IMG/VR virus record: IMGVR_UViG_3300047160_019164
Coordinates: 1 to 64,000 of that record
Reading direction: 5' to 3' (one strand)
Source: a virus
DNA: 64,000 bases
How positions within the stretch are numbered: position 1 is the stretch's first letter; each line of letters opens with the position of its first letter. The notes beneath the pieces were generated by a model that was given only the letters and a program-made list of their open reading frames with translations, did not search any database and had not been told where the DNA came from. Below are positions 39,638 through 50,112 of this stretch, one piece after another. Both the position numbers and the translations under genes were made by a program.

Positions 39638-40875
39638 AATTCATCGTCGCTTCCGACTTCCACTTCGACGCAGTGACGGCGGGCGTTCGACGCTTCGAAG
39701 AACTGGAACGCGCCGCCGTCGCGGTGGTCAAGCACGCCATCGAAGCGAAGGTCGATGCGTTTCTCTTTCTCGGTGACCTGTGCGACCCGGACACCGGGAG
39801 CGCGGTGTTCCGATGCGTGGAGCTGGCGCAACGGATGGCAGTCAAGCTGGCGCAGGAACGCATCACGTCGTTCTGGATGGCAGGGAACCACGACGTGATC
39901 GAGGACGGCACAGGGCACACCACACTCACGCCGATGCGCAGCATCGAGAAGTGGGGCGCGAAACGGCTCTTCCCTGAACCCGGCTCCATCCTAGTCGTCG
40001 AGCGGTGGGAGCACTTCATCATCGACACCGGGCGCGACAAGAAGGACCACACTCCACCCATCACGTTCGCGTTCTTGCCGTACACGGCGACGTCACACCA
40101 CTACAGCCCGAAGGACGTGATGCCGACGCAGGCATTCCACAACGCGTGGAGAGCGCAAGCCCCGGTCGTCTTTGCCGGTCACCTATCCATCCCCGGCATC
40201 GTGCCTGGTGAAGAGACGCACGAGATGGGTCGTGGACGCGACATGACGTTCCCCTACGACGAGATCATCGAACGGCGTCGCGAGTACCCGACGCTGATGC
40301 TGAACGGGCACTACCATCGTCAGCAGCACTTCCGAAAGCTCAAGGATAGTCGCGGCATCCACATCCCCGGTTCGATGGCGCGACTCACCTTTGGCGAGGA
40401 GTACCACGCACCCGGCTACTTGTTCGTCGAGACGCGTGGTCACAAGTTCGATGTCTACAACAACTCTTTCGGCAACAAGCATACGCCCGACACGAAGCCG
40501 GCGACGTTGCTCACCATCGGTGAGAGTGACCCGATCTGGAAGCAAGTGGCAGAAGGTGAAGCTATCTACTTCGGCGACGACTTGCGCGCGACCATCGTGC
40601 GGCTCCGCCCCCCGCTCGAGGCCGAAGAGATTCATGTGGAGTTAGTCGTACACGCACTTCGTACGCTCGGTGTCGCTGCCGTGAAGGTGCTTCCACGGCC
40701 TTCCAAGGCTGTGTTGCCGGCGTTCCGAACCGAGTTGGACGAAGAAGGCGAGCCCCTCCAAGTCGCGAAGCGTCCATACGAAGTCGTGAGCGAACTGGTC
40801 GAGAGCGCGAACACACGCGACCGTGATGCTCTCAAGCAACTGACCAGCGAAGTGATGGCGAAAGCGGGTCTCTGA
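39634..40875 (+). CDS. SbcD/Mre11-like metallophosphoesterase nuclease
   Basis: SDFH, GDL.D, GNHD, GH, GHYH, PGS..RLTFGE. Confidence 0.92.
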   Translation: MKFIVASDFHFDAVTAGVRRFEELERAAVAVVKHAIEAKVDAFLFLGDLCDPDTGSAVFRCVELAQRMAVKLAQERITSFWMAGNHDVIEDGTGHTTLTPMRSIEKWGAKRLFPEPGSILVVERWEHFIIDTGRDKKDHTPPITFAFLPYTATSHHYSPKDVMPTQAFHNAWRAQAPVVFAGHLSIPGIVPGEETHEMGRGRDMTFPYDEIIERRREYPTLMLNGHYHRQQHFRKLKDSRGIHIPGSMARLTFGEEYHAPGYLFVETRGHKFDVYNNSFGNKHTPDTKPATLLTIGESDPIWKQVAEGEAIYFGDDLRATIVRLRPPLEAEEIHVELVVHALRTLGVAAVKVLPRPSKAVLPAFRTELDEEGEPLQVAKRPYEVVSELVESANTRDRDALKQLTSEVMAKAGL

Positions 40876-42824
40876 TGCGCTACTTGGCAGAGCTGCACCT
40901 CAAGAACTGGAAGTGCTTTCGTGGCGAGCACGTGCTCAAGTTCGAGCCGAAGGCGTACGCAGTACTTGCCACGATGGACCGCGACGTCGAGCGTTCCAAT
41001 TGGCTCGGGAAGTCGTCGCTCCTCGAGGCCATTGCCTTCGCGATGTACGGATGGCACACCGAGGAAGGTGGCGACAACGCGCTCATCACACGCGGCGAGA
41101 AGGTGGCTGAAGCGAAGCTCGTCTTCGATGATGGAAGCCAGGTCATGCGCACCAAGCACGCCGGCAAACCGAAGCGGCTTTTCTACCACCACGGTGGGAA
41201 GGACTTGATGGGTGACGAAGCACAGTCGCTCATTCTCGATAACGTTGGGTTGAGTGAGCAGGACTTCTTCGCTACGTGCTTTTTCGAACAGAAGAAGATG
41301 TCGCGCCTGGTGACGATGGAAGCCAGCGAACGGATGGCTGTGGTGGTGGAGTGGCTACGGCTCGGAGTACTGGAGCAGTGCGAAGCGCTCACGCTGCATC
41401 ACGTGCGTATGTTGCTCGAGAAGGAGCACAAGATGCGCGCACAATTGGAATCGCAGCTTGCGGTTCAGAAGCACGCGCTTGGGACGTTCCCCAACATCGA
41501 AGTCCTCGTCAACGAGTTGGAGTCGGTGCGCAAGGAAGTGGCGGAGCACGCCGACAAGGTCGCGGAGCTGGAAGACCAGGAGAAGCGCTCGAACCGCGCC
41601 GTGTCGCTTCGTAAGGAGTGCGAGCGGTGGGGTAGCCTCAAGGCCGACGGGTTGGCGCTCAGCGAGGAGATCAAGTCGACGGATGAGTTGGCGCTACGGC
41701 GCGCCCTGGAAGAAGCGCGCGATGCGTTGCGCGAGGCTGACAGCAAGCAAGGGCTTCTCGAACGAGAGGTGTCGCTGAAGCGCACCGTCGCTGTCGGGAA
41801 GTTTGATGGCGCCTGTCCTGTCGTGAAGTTCGCTTGCCCCGCACGCGACGATATCAACGACATGACGGAGCAGAGCCGCAAAGAGCTGAAGAAGAGCGAC
41901 GAGCGTCTGCGCGAGTTGCTCGTCGCGCGCGATGCCGTGCGCAAGGGTGTGAACCGCGCCGAAGCCGACTACCAAGAGCTGGCGCGCAAGCGCGATCGAC
42001 TTGATTACATCCGCAAGGAGATGGAGCGCATCTTGCCGATGCGCGCCGAGTGGAAGAAGTGCAAGGACGACGAGCAGGACGGGGAGAAGCTGTCCACCGC
42101 ACGGCGCCGTGCGGTGGAGAAGTCGATCGAGTTGGCGTCGGCCAAGAAGGTGCTCGCTAGTTCGGTGGACAGCTACAAGGCCACGCTTCAACCCATCGAG
42201 GAGTTGACCGCGGAGCTGAAGGACATCACCAACAAGCTCGCCACCGCGCGCGAAGCGATGATCATCTTCGGCAAGAACGGAGCGCAACGTCGCATCGCGG
42301 AGACGGCGCTCGAGGACATTCAACAGAGCGCCAACACCATCCTCGCCGACTGCGGTATCCCGCTCAGCATCGTCATCCGTTGGGCGCGTGAAGGGTCGGG
42401 CCTTGCCAACACGTGCAGCGATTGCGGGTACCCGTTTCCCAAGTCGGCCAAGGACCGCAAGTGCACGCATTGCGGCGCCGACCGTGGTCCCAACATCATC
42501 AACAAGCTGGACATCGTGATGACGGACCGAAGTGGTGCTGCGGAAGACCTCGTGGGCGGTGCGTTGCAGCTCGCGGCGTCGACATGGCTGCGCACCGACC
42601 GAAACAGTGGATGGAGTGCAGCTTTCATCGATGAGCCGTTCGGTGCGCTTGATCGCGCCAACTTGCGCGCGTTCAGCTCGCACCTCCACGGCATGCTCAA
42701 CTCGCGCTACGGGTTCGCGCAGTCGTTCGTCATCGCGCATCATGCGTCTGTCCTCGACGCACTCCCCGGACGCATCCTCATCACGTCGGACGGTAAGTAC
42801 TCGAGCGTGAAGGTGGTGTCGTGA
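40875..42824 (+). CDS. SbcC/Rad50-like ATPase
   Basis: SNWLGKSS Walker A, coiled coil, CPV hook, IDEPFGALD. Confidence 0.9.
   Translation: MRYLAELHLKNWKCFRGEHVLKFEPKAYAVLATMDRDVERSNWLGKSSLLEAIAFAMYGWHTEEGGDNALITRGEKVAEAKLVFDDGSQVMRTKHAGKPKRLFYHHGGKDLMGDEAQSLILDNVGLSEQDFFATCFFEQKKMSRLVTMEASERMAVVVEWLRLGVLEQCEALTLHHVRMLLEKEHKMRAQLESQLAVQKHALGTFPNIEVLVNELESVRKEVAEHADKVAELEDQEKRSNRAVSLRKECERWGSLKADGLALSEEIKSTDELALRRALEEARDALREADSKQGLLEREVSLKRTVAVGKFDGACPVVKFACPARDDINDMTEQSRKELKKSDERLRELLVARDAVRKGVNRAEADYQELARKRDRLDYIRKEMERILPMRAEWKKCKDDEQDGEKLSTARRRAVEKSIELASAKKVLASSVDSYKATLQPIEELTAELKDITNKLATAREAMIIFGKNGAQRRIAETALEDIQQSANTILADCGIPLSIVIRWAREGSGLANTCSDCGYPFPKSAKDRKCTHCGADRGPNIINKLDIVMTDRSGAAEDLVGGALQLAASTWLRTDRNSGWSAAFIDEPFGALDRANLRAFSSHLHGMLNSRYGFAQSFVIAHHASVLDALPGRILITSDGKYSSVKVVS
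42094..42117. repeat. 24-bp palindrome copy 12 (inside SbcC coiled coil)
   Basis: LSTARRRAVEK; perfect copy. Confidence 0.97.
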
Positions 42825-42999
42825 GCGAGCACCGCTTCCTCGACGGCGAAGAGACGCTCGACGAGGCGGAGCTGATGCGTGTGTTCCTGAACAAGCAACG
42901 CACCCGCGAAGGCGTGTGCGACGGCTGCAACAAGCAAACGAAGGTCTACGTCGAAACCAACCTCTGCATCACGTGCCTTGCCGGCTACTCGGAGATCCC

Positions 43000-43584
43000 A
43001 TGAGCGACGACACCAAGGACCGCGGCGACTGGAGCCAGACCTATACCGACCTGATGTTCTACCCGAAGGACCCGCGCCCGGAGGACATCGACATTCGCGA
43101 CATCGCTCATGGGCTTGCGTACTCGTCGCGGTTCAACGGGCAGACCAATCGCTACTACTCCATCGCGGAGCACTGCGTCCACGTCAGTTACGAGTGCGAC
43201 GAAGCTGATGCGCTCGAAGGGCTGATGCACGATGCCGCAGAAGCCTACGTCGGCGACGTGGTCACCTCGGTGAAGCGCCACCTTCCAGGCTTCTACGAGA
43301 TCGAGGATGCCATCGAGCAGGTCATTGCGGCGAAGTACAAGTTGCGTCGTCCGTGGCCGGAGAGTGTGAAGCGTGCGGACATCGCGGTGCTCATCGCCGA
43401 GAAGCGCGATCTTTTCGCCAAGAATCTCGTGTGGAAGAAGCACGCGAACACCAAGCCGATGTCGCGCACGGTGAATTGCTGGAACGATTCGACCGCCTAC
43501 GACCACTTCTTGAAGCGCTACGCCCAACTCAAAGGGCTCGATCTCGTCGGCGTGATGGTGCACGGGGACGCGGTGCTCCTGTGA
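43000..43584 (+). CDS. HD-domain 5'-deoxynucleotidase (YfbR/YfdR-like)
   Basis: DIAHGL...RFNG...YSIAEH...LMHDAAEAYVGD. Confidence 0.88.
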   Translation: MSDDTKDRGDWSQTYTDLMFYPKDPRPEDIDIRDIAHGLAYSSRFNGQTNRYYSIAEHCVHVSYECDEADALEGLMHDAAEAYVGDVVTSVKRHLPGFYEIEDAIEQVIAAKYKLRRPWPESVKRADIAVLIAEKRDLFAKNLVWKKHANTKPMSRTVNCWNDSTAYDHFLKRYAQLKGLDLVGVMVHGDAVLL

Positions 43585-44114
43585 GCAAAGTGAAGGGGAA
43601 CGGCGGCGAGCGCGAGGTGGCAGCGCTCATCCAACCATGGTGGTCGAAGGTCGAACCGGGTGCCACCTTCGTTCGTACGCCGCTCTCTGGTGGATGGGGC
43701 AAGACGCGCGAAGTGCGCGCCGGCTTCAAAGCAAGCGGCGACCTGATGACCACCGCGACGCAGTTTCCCTTCACCATCGAAGTGAAGCGTCGCGAAAAGT
43801 GGACGTTGGAGCGTCTTCTCGCTGGCAAGGCGAGCCCCGTGTGGCCGTGGTGGAAGCAAGCGCAGACGCAAGCCGACGAGATGGGGCTTACTCCACTGCT
43901 CTGGATTCGAAAGAATCGGCAGCCGTGGCGCATCATCATGCCGCACTCGTTCGCCTTGCTGAAGGGGCTCATCACAGCGCGCTCGCGAGTGCATGTGTGG
44001 ACCTGCTCACCGCATCTCGTCGCGGATCTGTTCGGTGAGCAGGTGCCCGCGATGATCGCGGCGGAGGACTTCCTCAAGTGCGACCCGAAGCGCTTCCTAC
44101 TGACCAAGTGGTGA
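43581..44114 (+). CDS. PD-(D/E)xK Holliday junction resolvase
   Basis: KGNGGEREVA, RTPLSGG, GDL, IEVKRRE. Confidence 0.8.
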   Translation: MSKVKGNGGEREVAALIQPWWSKVEPGATFVRTPLSGGWGKTREVRAGFKASGDLMTTATQFPFTIEVKRREKWTLERLLAGKASPVWPWWKQAQTQADEMGLTPLLWIRKNRQPWRIIMPHSFALLKGLITARSRVHVWTCSPHLVADLFGEQVPAMIAAEDFLKCDPKRFLLTKW

Positions 44115-44140
44115 GTTACAACAAGGTTGGAGGCGCGACT

Positions 44141-44860
44141 GTGAAGAAGAAACTCGAGACTACGAAGACCCCCGAGGCGGCAGCCGTCTATCTCGACCCC
44201 AAGAAGCTCGTCCCCAATCCCAAGAACCCACGTGTCAACGACGCGGTGGTTGACGACATCGTCAAGTCAATCGACAAGTTCGGGTTCACAGTGCCCATCG
44301 TCGTGCGCAAAGCGAACATGATGGTGGCGGCAGGGCATACGCGGTTGAAGGCGGCACTCAAGATGGGGCTCAAGGAAGTCCCGGTTCGCATCCTCGACAT
44401 CACGCAACGTCAGCTCGAAGCACTCACCATCGCCGACAACAAGCTCGGCGAGAAGGCCACGTGGGACGAGACGCTCTTGAAGGAGCAGCTCCAAGGGCTT
44501 CTCAAGGACGATTTCGACTTGAACATGCTCGGATTCGACGGGACCGAGTTGGCAAGCCTTCTCGCCGAGTCGCCTTCGGTGCTTGGTGGCGACTCCATTC
44601 CCGCCGAGGCAGCCAACGGCAAAGGCATGACGGACCCCGGCGCGCCGCAGGGCGATCCGTCGCACGTGCGCATGGTGCAACTCTTCCTCGACGAGACGAC
44701 GCACCCGGTGTTCCTCGAGCGCTGCAAGGTGCTCGGAAAGAAGTGGGGTCTCGACAACGTCACGAAGGTCGTGATGAAGGCGCTCGAGGAGATCGCCAAG
44801 GAACCGAACAAGAAGGGCGAGAAGACCGATGTTCACGGTGCAGCTTCGAACGCAGGTTGA
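44141..44860 (+). CDS. ParB N-terminal-domain protein
   Basis: PNPKNPR, SIDKFGFTVPIVV, AGHTRLKAA, IADNKL. Confidence 0.9.
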   Translation: MKKKLETTKTPEAAAVYLDPKKLVPNPKNPRVNDAVVDDIVKSIDKFGFTVPIVVRKANMMVAAGHTRLKAALKMGLKEVPVRILDITQRQLEALTIADNKLGEKATWDETLLKEQLQGLLKDDFDLNMLGFDGTELASLLAESPSVLGGDSIPAEAANGKGMTDPGAPQGDPSHVRMVQLFLDETTHPVFLERCKVLGKKWGLDNVTKVVMKALEEIAKEPNKKGEKTDVHGAASNAG

Positions 44861-45728
44861 CGAGAAGCTCATCGCGTCACGCCATGGTGGCGATGTCACC
44901 GAAGAGGACATCGCGTTCAAGCCCACGAGCGACATCGCCGTCTACAAGTCCAACGGCCAGCCGCTCCTCTTCGTCTTCAAGCGCGCGGTGTCGCAGAAGG
45001 AGATCGAGCTGGCGCTCCCTGGCTTGAACGCCATGCGGATCACGAGCCCGAGCTTCAAGAGCAATCGCAAGACGTATGGTGGTGGGCCGGCATACCGCAA
45101 GAAGGAAGACGGCACCGTCTCCAACACGACGTACGGCAAGAGCATCAGCAGTGCCATTGCTGGCTACTTCGATCGGTACCCACGTTTCCCGTTCTGTCGG
45201 CAGACGGCGTTCACCGCGAAGGAGGTCGAGAAGTGGCGCGACCTCCAACCGATGATCCACACGTGCGCGAAGCTGTTCAAGGAGCACCTCCCCGAGCGCT
45301 ACGAGAACCAGGACAAGGTCGCGCGCAAGGTGCATCCCGACTTCCAGATCGCAGGGACGCCGTTCAGCACGCTCACGGTCAATCACAACGCGGTGGCCAA
45401 GCTTCACCAGGACAAGGGTGACCTTCCTGACGGTTTCGGTGTGATGACGGTCATCAAAGAGGGCTCGTACGACGGCTTCTCGTTGGTGTTCCCGCGCTTC
45501 CGTGTAGGAGCTGAGCTGGAAACTGGCGACGTGATCCTGTTCGACCCGCACGAGTTTCACGCCAACGTGCCGCCGCGCAATTGCTCGGACGATTACCACC
45601 GCATCAGCGTGGTGATGTACTTCAGGAAGAAGATGATCGAATGCGGCAGTGCTGCGGACGAGATGAGGCGCGCACAGAAGGCGCGCGGCTCGCTCGACAT
45701 CGTTGCGAACGAAGGAGCGACCGAATGA
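44829..45728 (+). CDS. TET/JBP-family 2OG-Fe(II) dioxygenase
   Basis: GYFDR..RFPFCR.TAFT, FSTLTVN, HQD.GD (HxD), H..HAN, RISVVMYFRKKM. Confidence 0.88.
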   Translation: MFTVQLRTQVDEKLIASRHGGDVTEEDIAFKPTSDIAVYKSNGQPLLFVFKRAVSQKEIELALPGLNAMRITSPSFKSNRKTYGGGPAYRKKEDGTVSNTTYGKSISSAIAGYFDRYPRFPFCRQTAFTAKEVEKWRDLQPMIHTCAKLFKEHLPERYENQDKVARKVHPDFQIAGTPFSTLTVNHNAVAKLHQDKGDLPDGFGVMTVIKEGSYDGFSLVFPRFRVGAELETGDVILFDPHEFHANVPPRNCSDDYHRISVVMYFRKKMIECGSAADEMRRAQKARGSLDIVANEGATE

Positions 45729-46819
45729 ACGTCGCGGTATGGCGCTACGGGTTGCCGTTGCAGGTGGAGGCACAGAGCACGGTCGGCGGTGGCAAGATTG
45801 CTGGCGAGCTACTCAAGACGCTCAAGAAGCAAGGTCACAACGTCACGGTCGTGGGTCCGGTGTCGAAGGGTGTCGAGCAGTGGCTCGCGGACGCTGGCAT
45901 CGCTCACAAGCGCACCAACGACTTGAGCACGATGGATGCTGCGGTGGTGCTCACGGGTCCGTTCAATGTGATGTACGGAGACGGTGTCTTCGACACCTAT
46001 CGCCGACTCGCGACATTGAACGGCAAGGCCATCTATGCGCAGTGGGACGTCGCGTTGCCGTTCCACTTCGCCGCGGACCGAAGCACCAAGTTCGCAGCTG
46101 ACTGTCACGTGCGCACTCCACACCTCTTGAAGAACAAGGAGTGGTTCCTCTTCACGCAACTCGAAGAGGAACACGTGCGTGCTAGCAAGGCCGCGAGCAC
46201 GATGTATGCGACGGCACCTTTCAAGCACGTGCGCTGCCTTTTCGAACTGGTCGAGTTGGAGAAGGAGTTGCTCAAACCGGTGAAGAACCCGGTGCCGGCG
46301 ATCGCTTACTTTGGTAGCGACCGCCCCGGTCGCATGCGTGAGCTACTTCGTTGGTTCGGAGCACCCGGTTCGCCGCCCGTGCACCTCTATGGGCAGTGGA
46401 GCGAGAAGTCGCTCGCCGAGTTGATGAAGAACCAAGGCTTCGAACCCAACATCGAGTACCGCGGCAAGATCCCCGAGGGCCGGGTGACCGAAGTGTTGAA
46501 TCAGTACGTGATGACCTTCTACATGGCGGACCCTGCGTACGTGAAGACCGACTTCATCGCGCAGCGGTTCTTCGAGAACGCCATCGCCGGCGTCGCGACC
46601 TACTACAGCGACAAGATTCAGCCGTCGGTGCGGAAGACCGTGCCGAGTGGGTTGGTGCTCGAGGACCCGAAGCAGCTCAAGGAAGCGTTCCAACACGTGG
46701 TGTCGATGCCGTTCAAGAAGCGCCTTGGGCTCGTGCACCAGCACCAGGAAGCGATCCTGAGCTTCGCGAAGAGCCATCCGCACAGCATGCGCAACGCGTT
46801 CGAGCAGGTGCTCTCGTGA
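45725..46819 (+). CDS. T4 beta-glucosyltransferase-like DNA glycosyltransferase (GT-B)
   Basis: YFGSDRPGR and GKIPEGRVTE...ADPAY..DFIAQRFFE resemble, from memory, T4 BGT GGSFRSG.R and GKIPMNMVSE...GDKNYNDNFITLRVWE. Confidence 0.75.
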   Translation: MNVAVWRYGLPLQVEAQSTVGGGKIAGELLKTLKKQGHNVTVVGPVSKGVEQWLADAGIAHKRTNDLSTMDAAVVLTGPFNVMYGDGVFDTYRRLATLNGKAIYAQWDVALPFHFAADRSTKFAADCHVRTPHLLKNKEWFLFTQLEEEHVRASKAASTMYATAPFKHVRCLFELVELEKELLKPVKNPVPAIAYFGSDRPGRMRELLRWFGAPGSPPVHLYGQWSEKSLAELMKNQGFEPNIEYRGKIPEGRVTEVLNQYVMTFYMADPAYVKTDFIAQRFFENAIAGVATYYSDKIQPSVRKTVPSGLVLEDPKQLKEAFQHVVSMPFKKRLGLVHQHQEAILSFAKSHPHSMRNAFEQVLS

Positions 46820-46821
46820 CG

Positions 46822-47505
46822 ATGGCGAGTTGCACGGTCGTCATCCCGGCGCACAACGAAGAGGACACCATTGGTGGACTCGTGGAGTGCGCGCTCGTGC
46901 ACGCGGACCGCGTCATCGTGGCGAACGACTCGAGCACCGATCGAACGGAACAAGTGGCGGAGGAAGCGGGTGCAATCGTCGCTCTGGTTCCGCGTGAGCG
47001 TCGTGGCTTGGTGGGCGTCTACTCGTTCGGGCTCCGGGTCGCCGTTGCTCTCCACCGCACGGCGCCGTGCGGTGGACGTGGGGCGTACGTCTGCGAGATG
47101 GACGCGGGCGGCAGCCACGACCCGCACGAGCTACCCAAGTTCTGGAAGGCTCTCGACGAAGGCGCCGACATCGCCGCGGGCTGTCGCTTTGCGTACGGGG
47201 GCGAGTACCTCGGGTCGTGGCAGCGGAAGAGCCTGAGCTACTTCGGCACCAAGCTCACCAACATCGTGCACGGCACCAAGTGGTGCGACGCGACGAGTGG
47301 CTTCGTGGCGTACAGGTCATCGTCGCTCGATGCGCTCTTGCAGGTCCCCTACAAGTCGACGGGTCACTACTACCAGACGGAGATGCGTCTGCGCGCGCAG
47401 GCCATGGGCATGAAGACGACGGAAGTGCCCATCACGTACAGGAACAGCGGCTCGTCGCTCAATTGGCGTAGCATCCGTGAGGCATTGTCCTTGGTGATGC
47501 GATAG
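46822..47505 (+). CDS. GT2 (DPM1-like) glycosyltransferase
   Basis: VVIPAHNE, NDSSTDRT, EMDAGGSHDP, DATSGF, EVPI. Confidence 0.9.
   Translation: MASCTVVIPAHNEEDTIGGLVECALVHADRVIVANDSSTDRTEQVAEEAGAIVALVPRERRGLVGVYSFGLRVAVALHRTAPCGGRGAYVCEMDAGGSHDPHELPKFWKALDEGADIAAGCRFAYGGEYLGSWQRKSLSYFGTKLTNIVHGTKWCDATSGFVAYRSSSLDALLQVPYKSTGHYYQTEMRLRAQAMGMKTTEVPITYRNSGSSLNWRSIREALSLVMR
47052..47075. repeat. 24-bp palindrome copy 13 (inside GT2, read as HRTAPCGG)
   Basis: Perfect copy in a different reading frame from the TARRRAV copies. Confidence 0.97.
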
Positions 47506-47516
47506 GAGAAGTCACA

Positions 47517-48158
47517 ATGGCGCGAAAGATGGCAGCACACATTGGAGCGACGCCGGTCGTCGTTCATGACACGACGCTCGTCGACGTCGAAAAGCTCAAC
47601 CCCGCGCCGTACAACCCGCGCAAGATCAAACCGGCCATGCTCTCGGCGTTGAAACAGAGCATCAAGGAACAGGGGTTCATTCACCCCATCGTCGTGCAGA
47701 AGAAGGGTATGGTCATTATCGCTGGCCACCAACGAGTGAAGGCGTTGCGTGAGCTGTGCAGCGAAACGGGGCAGCCGCTCCCCAAGATTCCCGCCATCAT
47801 CCGCGACATCGGCGATCGAGTCGCCAAGAAGCTCAACATCACGCTGAACCGCGTCGGTGGTGAATTCGATGCGGGGCTCCTCGGTGACTTGTTGCGTGAC
47901 CTGCAAGACGATGTGCGCCTGACGACCGACGAACTGACTGGCATGGGCATCTCGGCCGACGAGCTGGACGGGCTTCTCAAGCTCGACGATCCGCCGCCCG
48001 AGAACGAAGAGATTCCAACCTTCGGACGCTCGGTCACCATGTCGCTTTCGTTCAGCGACACCAAGATGCGTGACCGCGTGAAGAAGAAGCTCGAGGAGCG
48101 TTCGCGTGTGGAAGGGAAGAAGAGCGGCGAGATCGTCGACAGCCTGATGCGGCGATGA
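47517..48158 (+). CDS. Second ParB N-terminal-domain protein
   Basis: PAPYNPRKI, SIKEQGFIHPIVV, AGHQRVKA, LNITLN. Confidence 0.9.
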   Translation: MARKMAAHIGATPVVVHDTTLVDVEKLNPAPYNPRKIKPAMLSALKQSIKEQGFIHPIVVQKKGMVIIAGHQRVKALRELCSETGQPLPKIPAIIRDIGDRVAKKLNITLNRVGGEFDAGLLGDLLRDLQDDVRLTTDELTGMGISADELDGLLKLDDPPPENEEIPTFGRSVTMSLSFSDTKMRDRVKKKLEERSRVEGKKSGEIVDSLMRR

Positions 48159-50112
48159 AGCCCAAAGAGGCAACTCCGCTGGTGCGCTTCTTCCGTCGAA
48201 TGGCGGAGAAGTTGTTCGGTACGTGGAAGGAAGGCATTGAGCCACCTGACCGGCTTGGCGATATGGTCATTACCTTCGCCAACATGCACCCACACGCTAC
48301 TCGGCAGGATTGGGTTGTCTTCGCGACGTTTCACGCACGCGAAGCGTACCGAAGTGGTTACTTGCGCGGCGTCGAGTACGCCGAGCGCGAAGACGATGAA
48401 CCGGGCCTCGACCCCGATGTCTTGATGGACGCGATGAATGGCCCTTCGTGGCGCGGACGGCCCGTGGGACCGAATCTCGAGCCGCCCGCCGAAGACCTGC
48501 ACGATTGGGAGTGGTATCCGACCGAAGGTCCCACGCTGGAAGGCGACGTGGCTGCACGCGTGCGTGAGTACGAAGACGAGAACCACATTGCGTGGGAGCA
48601 GCTCACCAAGATGGAGAGTGCCGATCAGGAGCGTTCGAAGCGCTGAGCGGCATAAGGGGAGTGGAGGTGCACGATGTCCGAAGGAGACCCGTTGCAGTGG
48701 GCTCGCGCCCTCGGTGCCGGAACTGCGATGGTGATGCACATTCCCACGGACACCGTGGCGAAGGTGAAGGCGTTCTACGACGGTGTGACCACGAAGTTCA
48801 TCAGCCCCATCACCAACGAGCCCGTCAACGGGCCGGTGCTGGTGATGGAGGACGGGAACAGCTTCATGGCAGAGGACGAGAAGTCCTTTCACCGTATGAC
48901 CATGCAACAAGCGCAGTTCTATCGCACCATGCAGCGCGTAATCGCCAACACGCTGCGCGAAGCCGCGCAGCTCCTCAAGTCGCTCGGTATTCCGGTCGAC
49001 GTCGGCGTTTCGTTGTTGGTTGCTACGCTCAAGGCGCAGCTTCGTGTACTCGAAGCCAAGCCCGAAGCCATGCCGCAGACGCTTCCACCCGAGGAGATGC
49101 CCTGATGCCGCCCAACACCAACGTCCCCGTCGCCGCCCACAACGCGCTCAAGCAAGTGATCGACATGTATGGTCAGCTCCTCGTCGAACAGGAGCATAGG
49201 TTCATGATGGAGCGCGCGCAGTTGGAGCTTCAGATCAAGGACATCCACCACACGAACAACGAAGTGACCGCGCGCTGTCTCGAGATCGAGGGGAAGAACC
49301 AGAAGTTGGTCGCCACGAACGAAGGGCTCGCGGCCGACTTCGTGAAGATGACCCAACTGATTCAAGACCTGAAGGGGAGGGTCGACGAGCTGACGGAAGA
49401 GAACGATGCACTGAAGCGCGAGAATGAACGCTACGTACCGTCGCACCTGCGTCGAGAATCCCCTTCCCACGGCAATTACGGGAACGTGGGATCGGGTGGA
49501 TGATGGATGGTCCCAAGGCACTGCCGCCCTTCGTTATCGACGCGGCGCTAGGAAGTGGTGCAATCGATCTCCAGAAGTGGCGCACGTGGATCGATATCTA
49601 CGGTCCGATGTGCGCCGCGTGGCTGGTGAAGCACTTCAGTAAGACCATCAAGCAAGCGGGTCACTTCAAGGTCTTCGTGCCACGACTCGTCGATCTGTCC
49701 TTGCAGAGCAAGCGCTTCCGCTGGTTCAAGCTCGCACTCGCGTACATCCGCAAGTCCACGCGCTGGCGTGTAATCGTGCGTGACGTGTGGCACAAGGACA
49801 CCGACCGCGGCAAAGAATTCGACTTCAAGTGGATGTTGTCGAGGCATCGTCGTGGCTGAAGGTCGCTGGAAAGAGAAGTGGATCCCGCCGTGGGCTCCAC
49901 ATGTCGTCGGTGAGTACGACATGCCGCGCGAATTCCGCGAGGACGGGCTTCCCGAAGCGCAGTGGGTCGAGATGACCTGCACGCACGCGGAATGCGCAAG
50001 CCGGCCGAAGCCGCATTACCGAGTCCCGTGCACCAGTGGCAACGTCCGACAGCACGTCGCGCGGTTTGCACTGGTGCACATGCACAAGGATCCATTCGAA
50101 GGAGGGAAGTGA
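48155..50112 (+). other. Five hypothetical ORFs (48155-48646, 48674-49105, 49105-49503, 49500-49859, 49852-50112)
   Basis: Tiled with stop/start overlaps; no family recognised. Confidence 0.55.
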
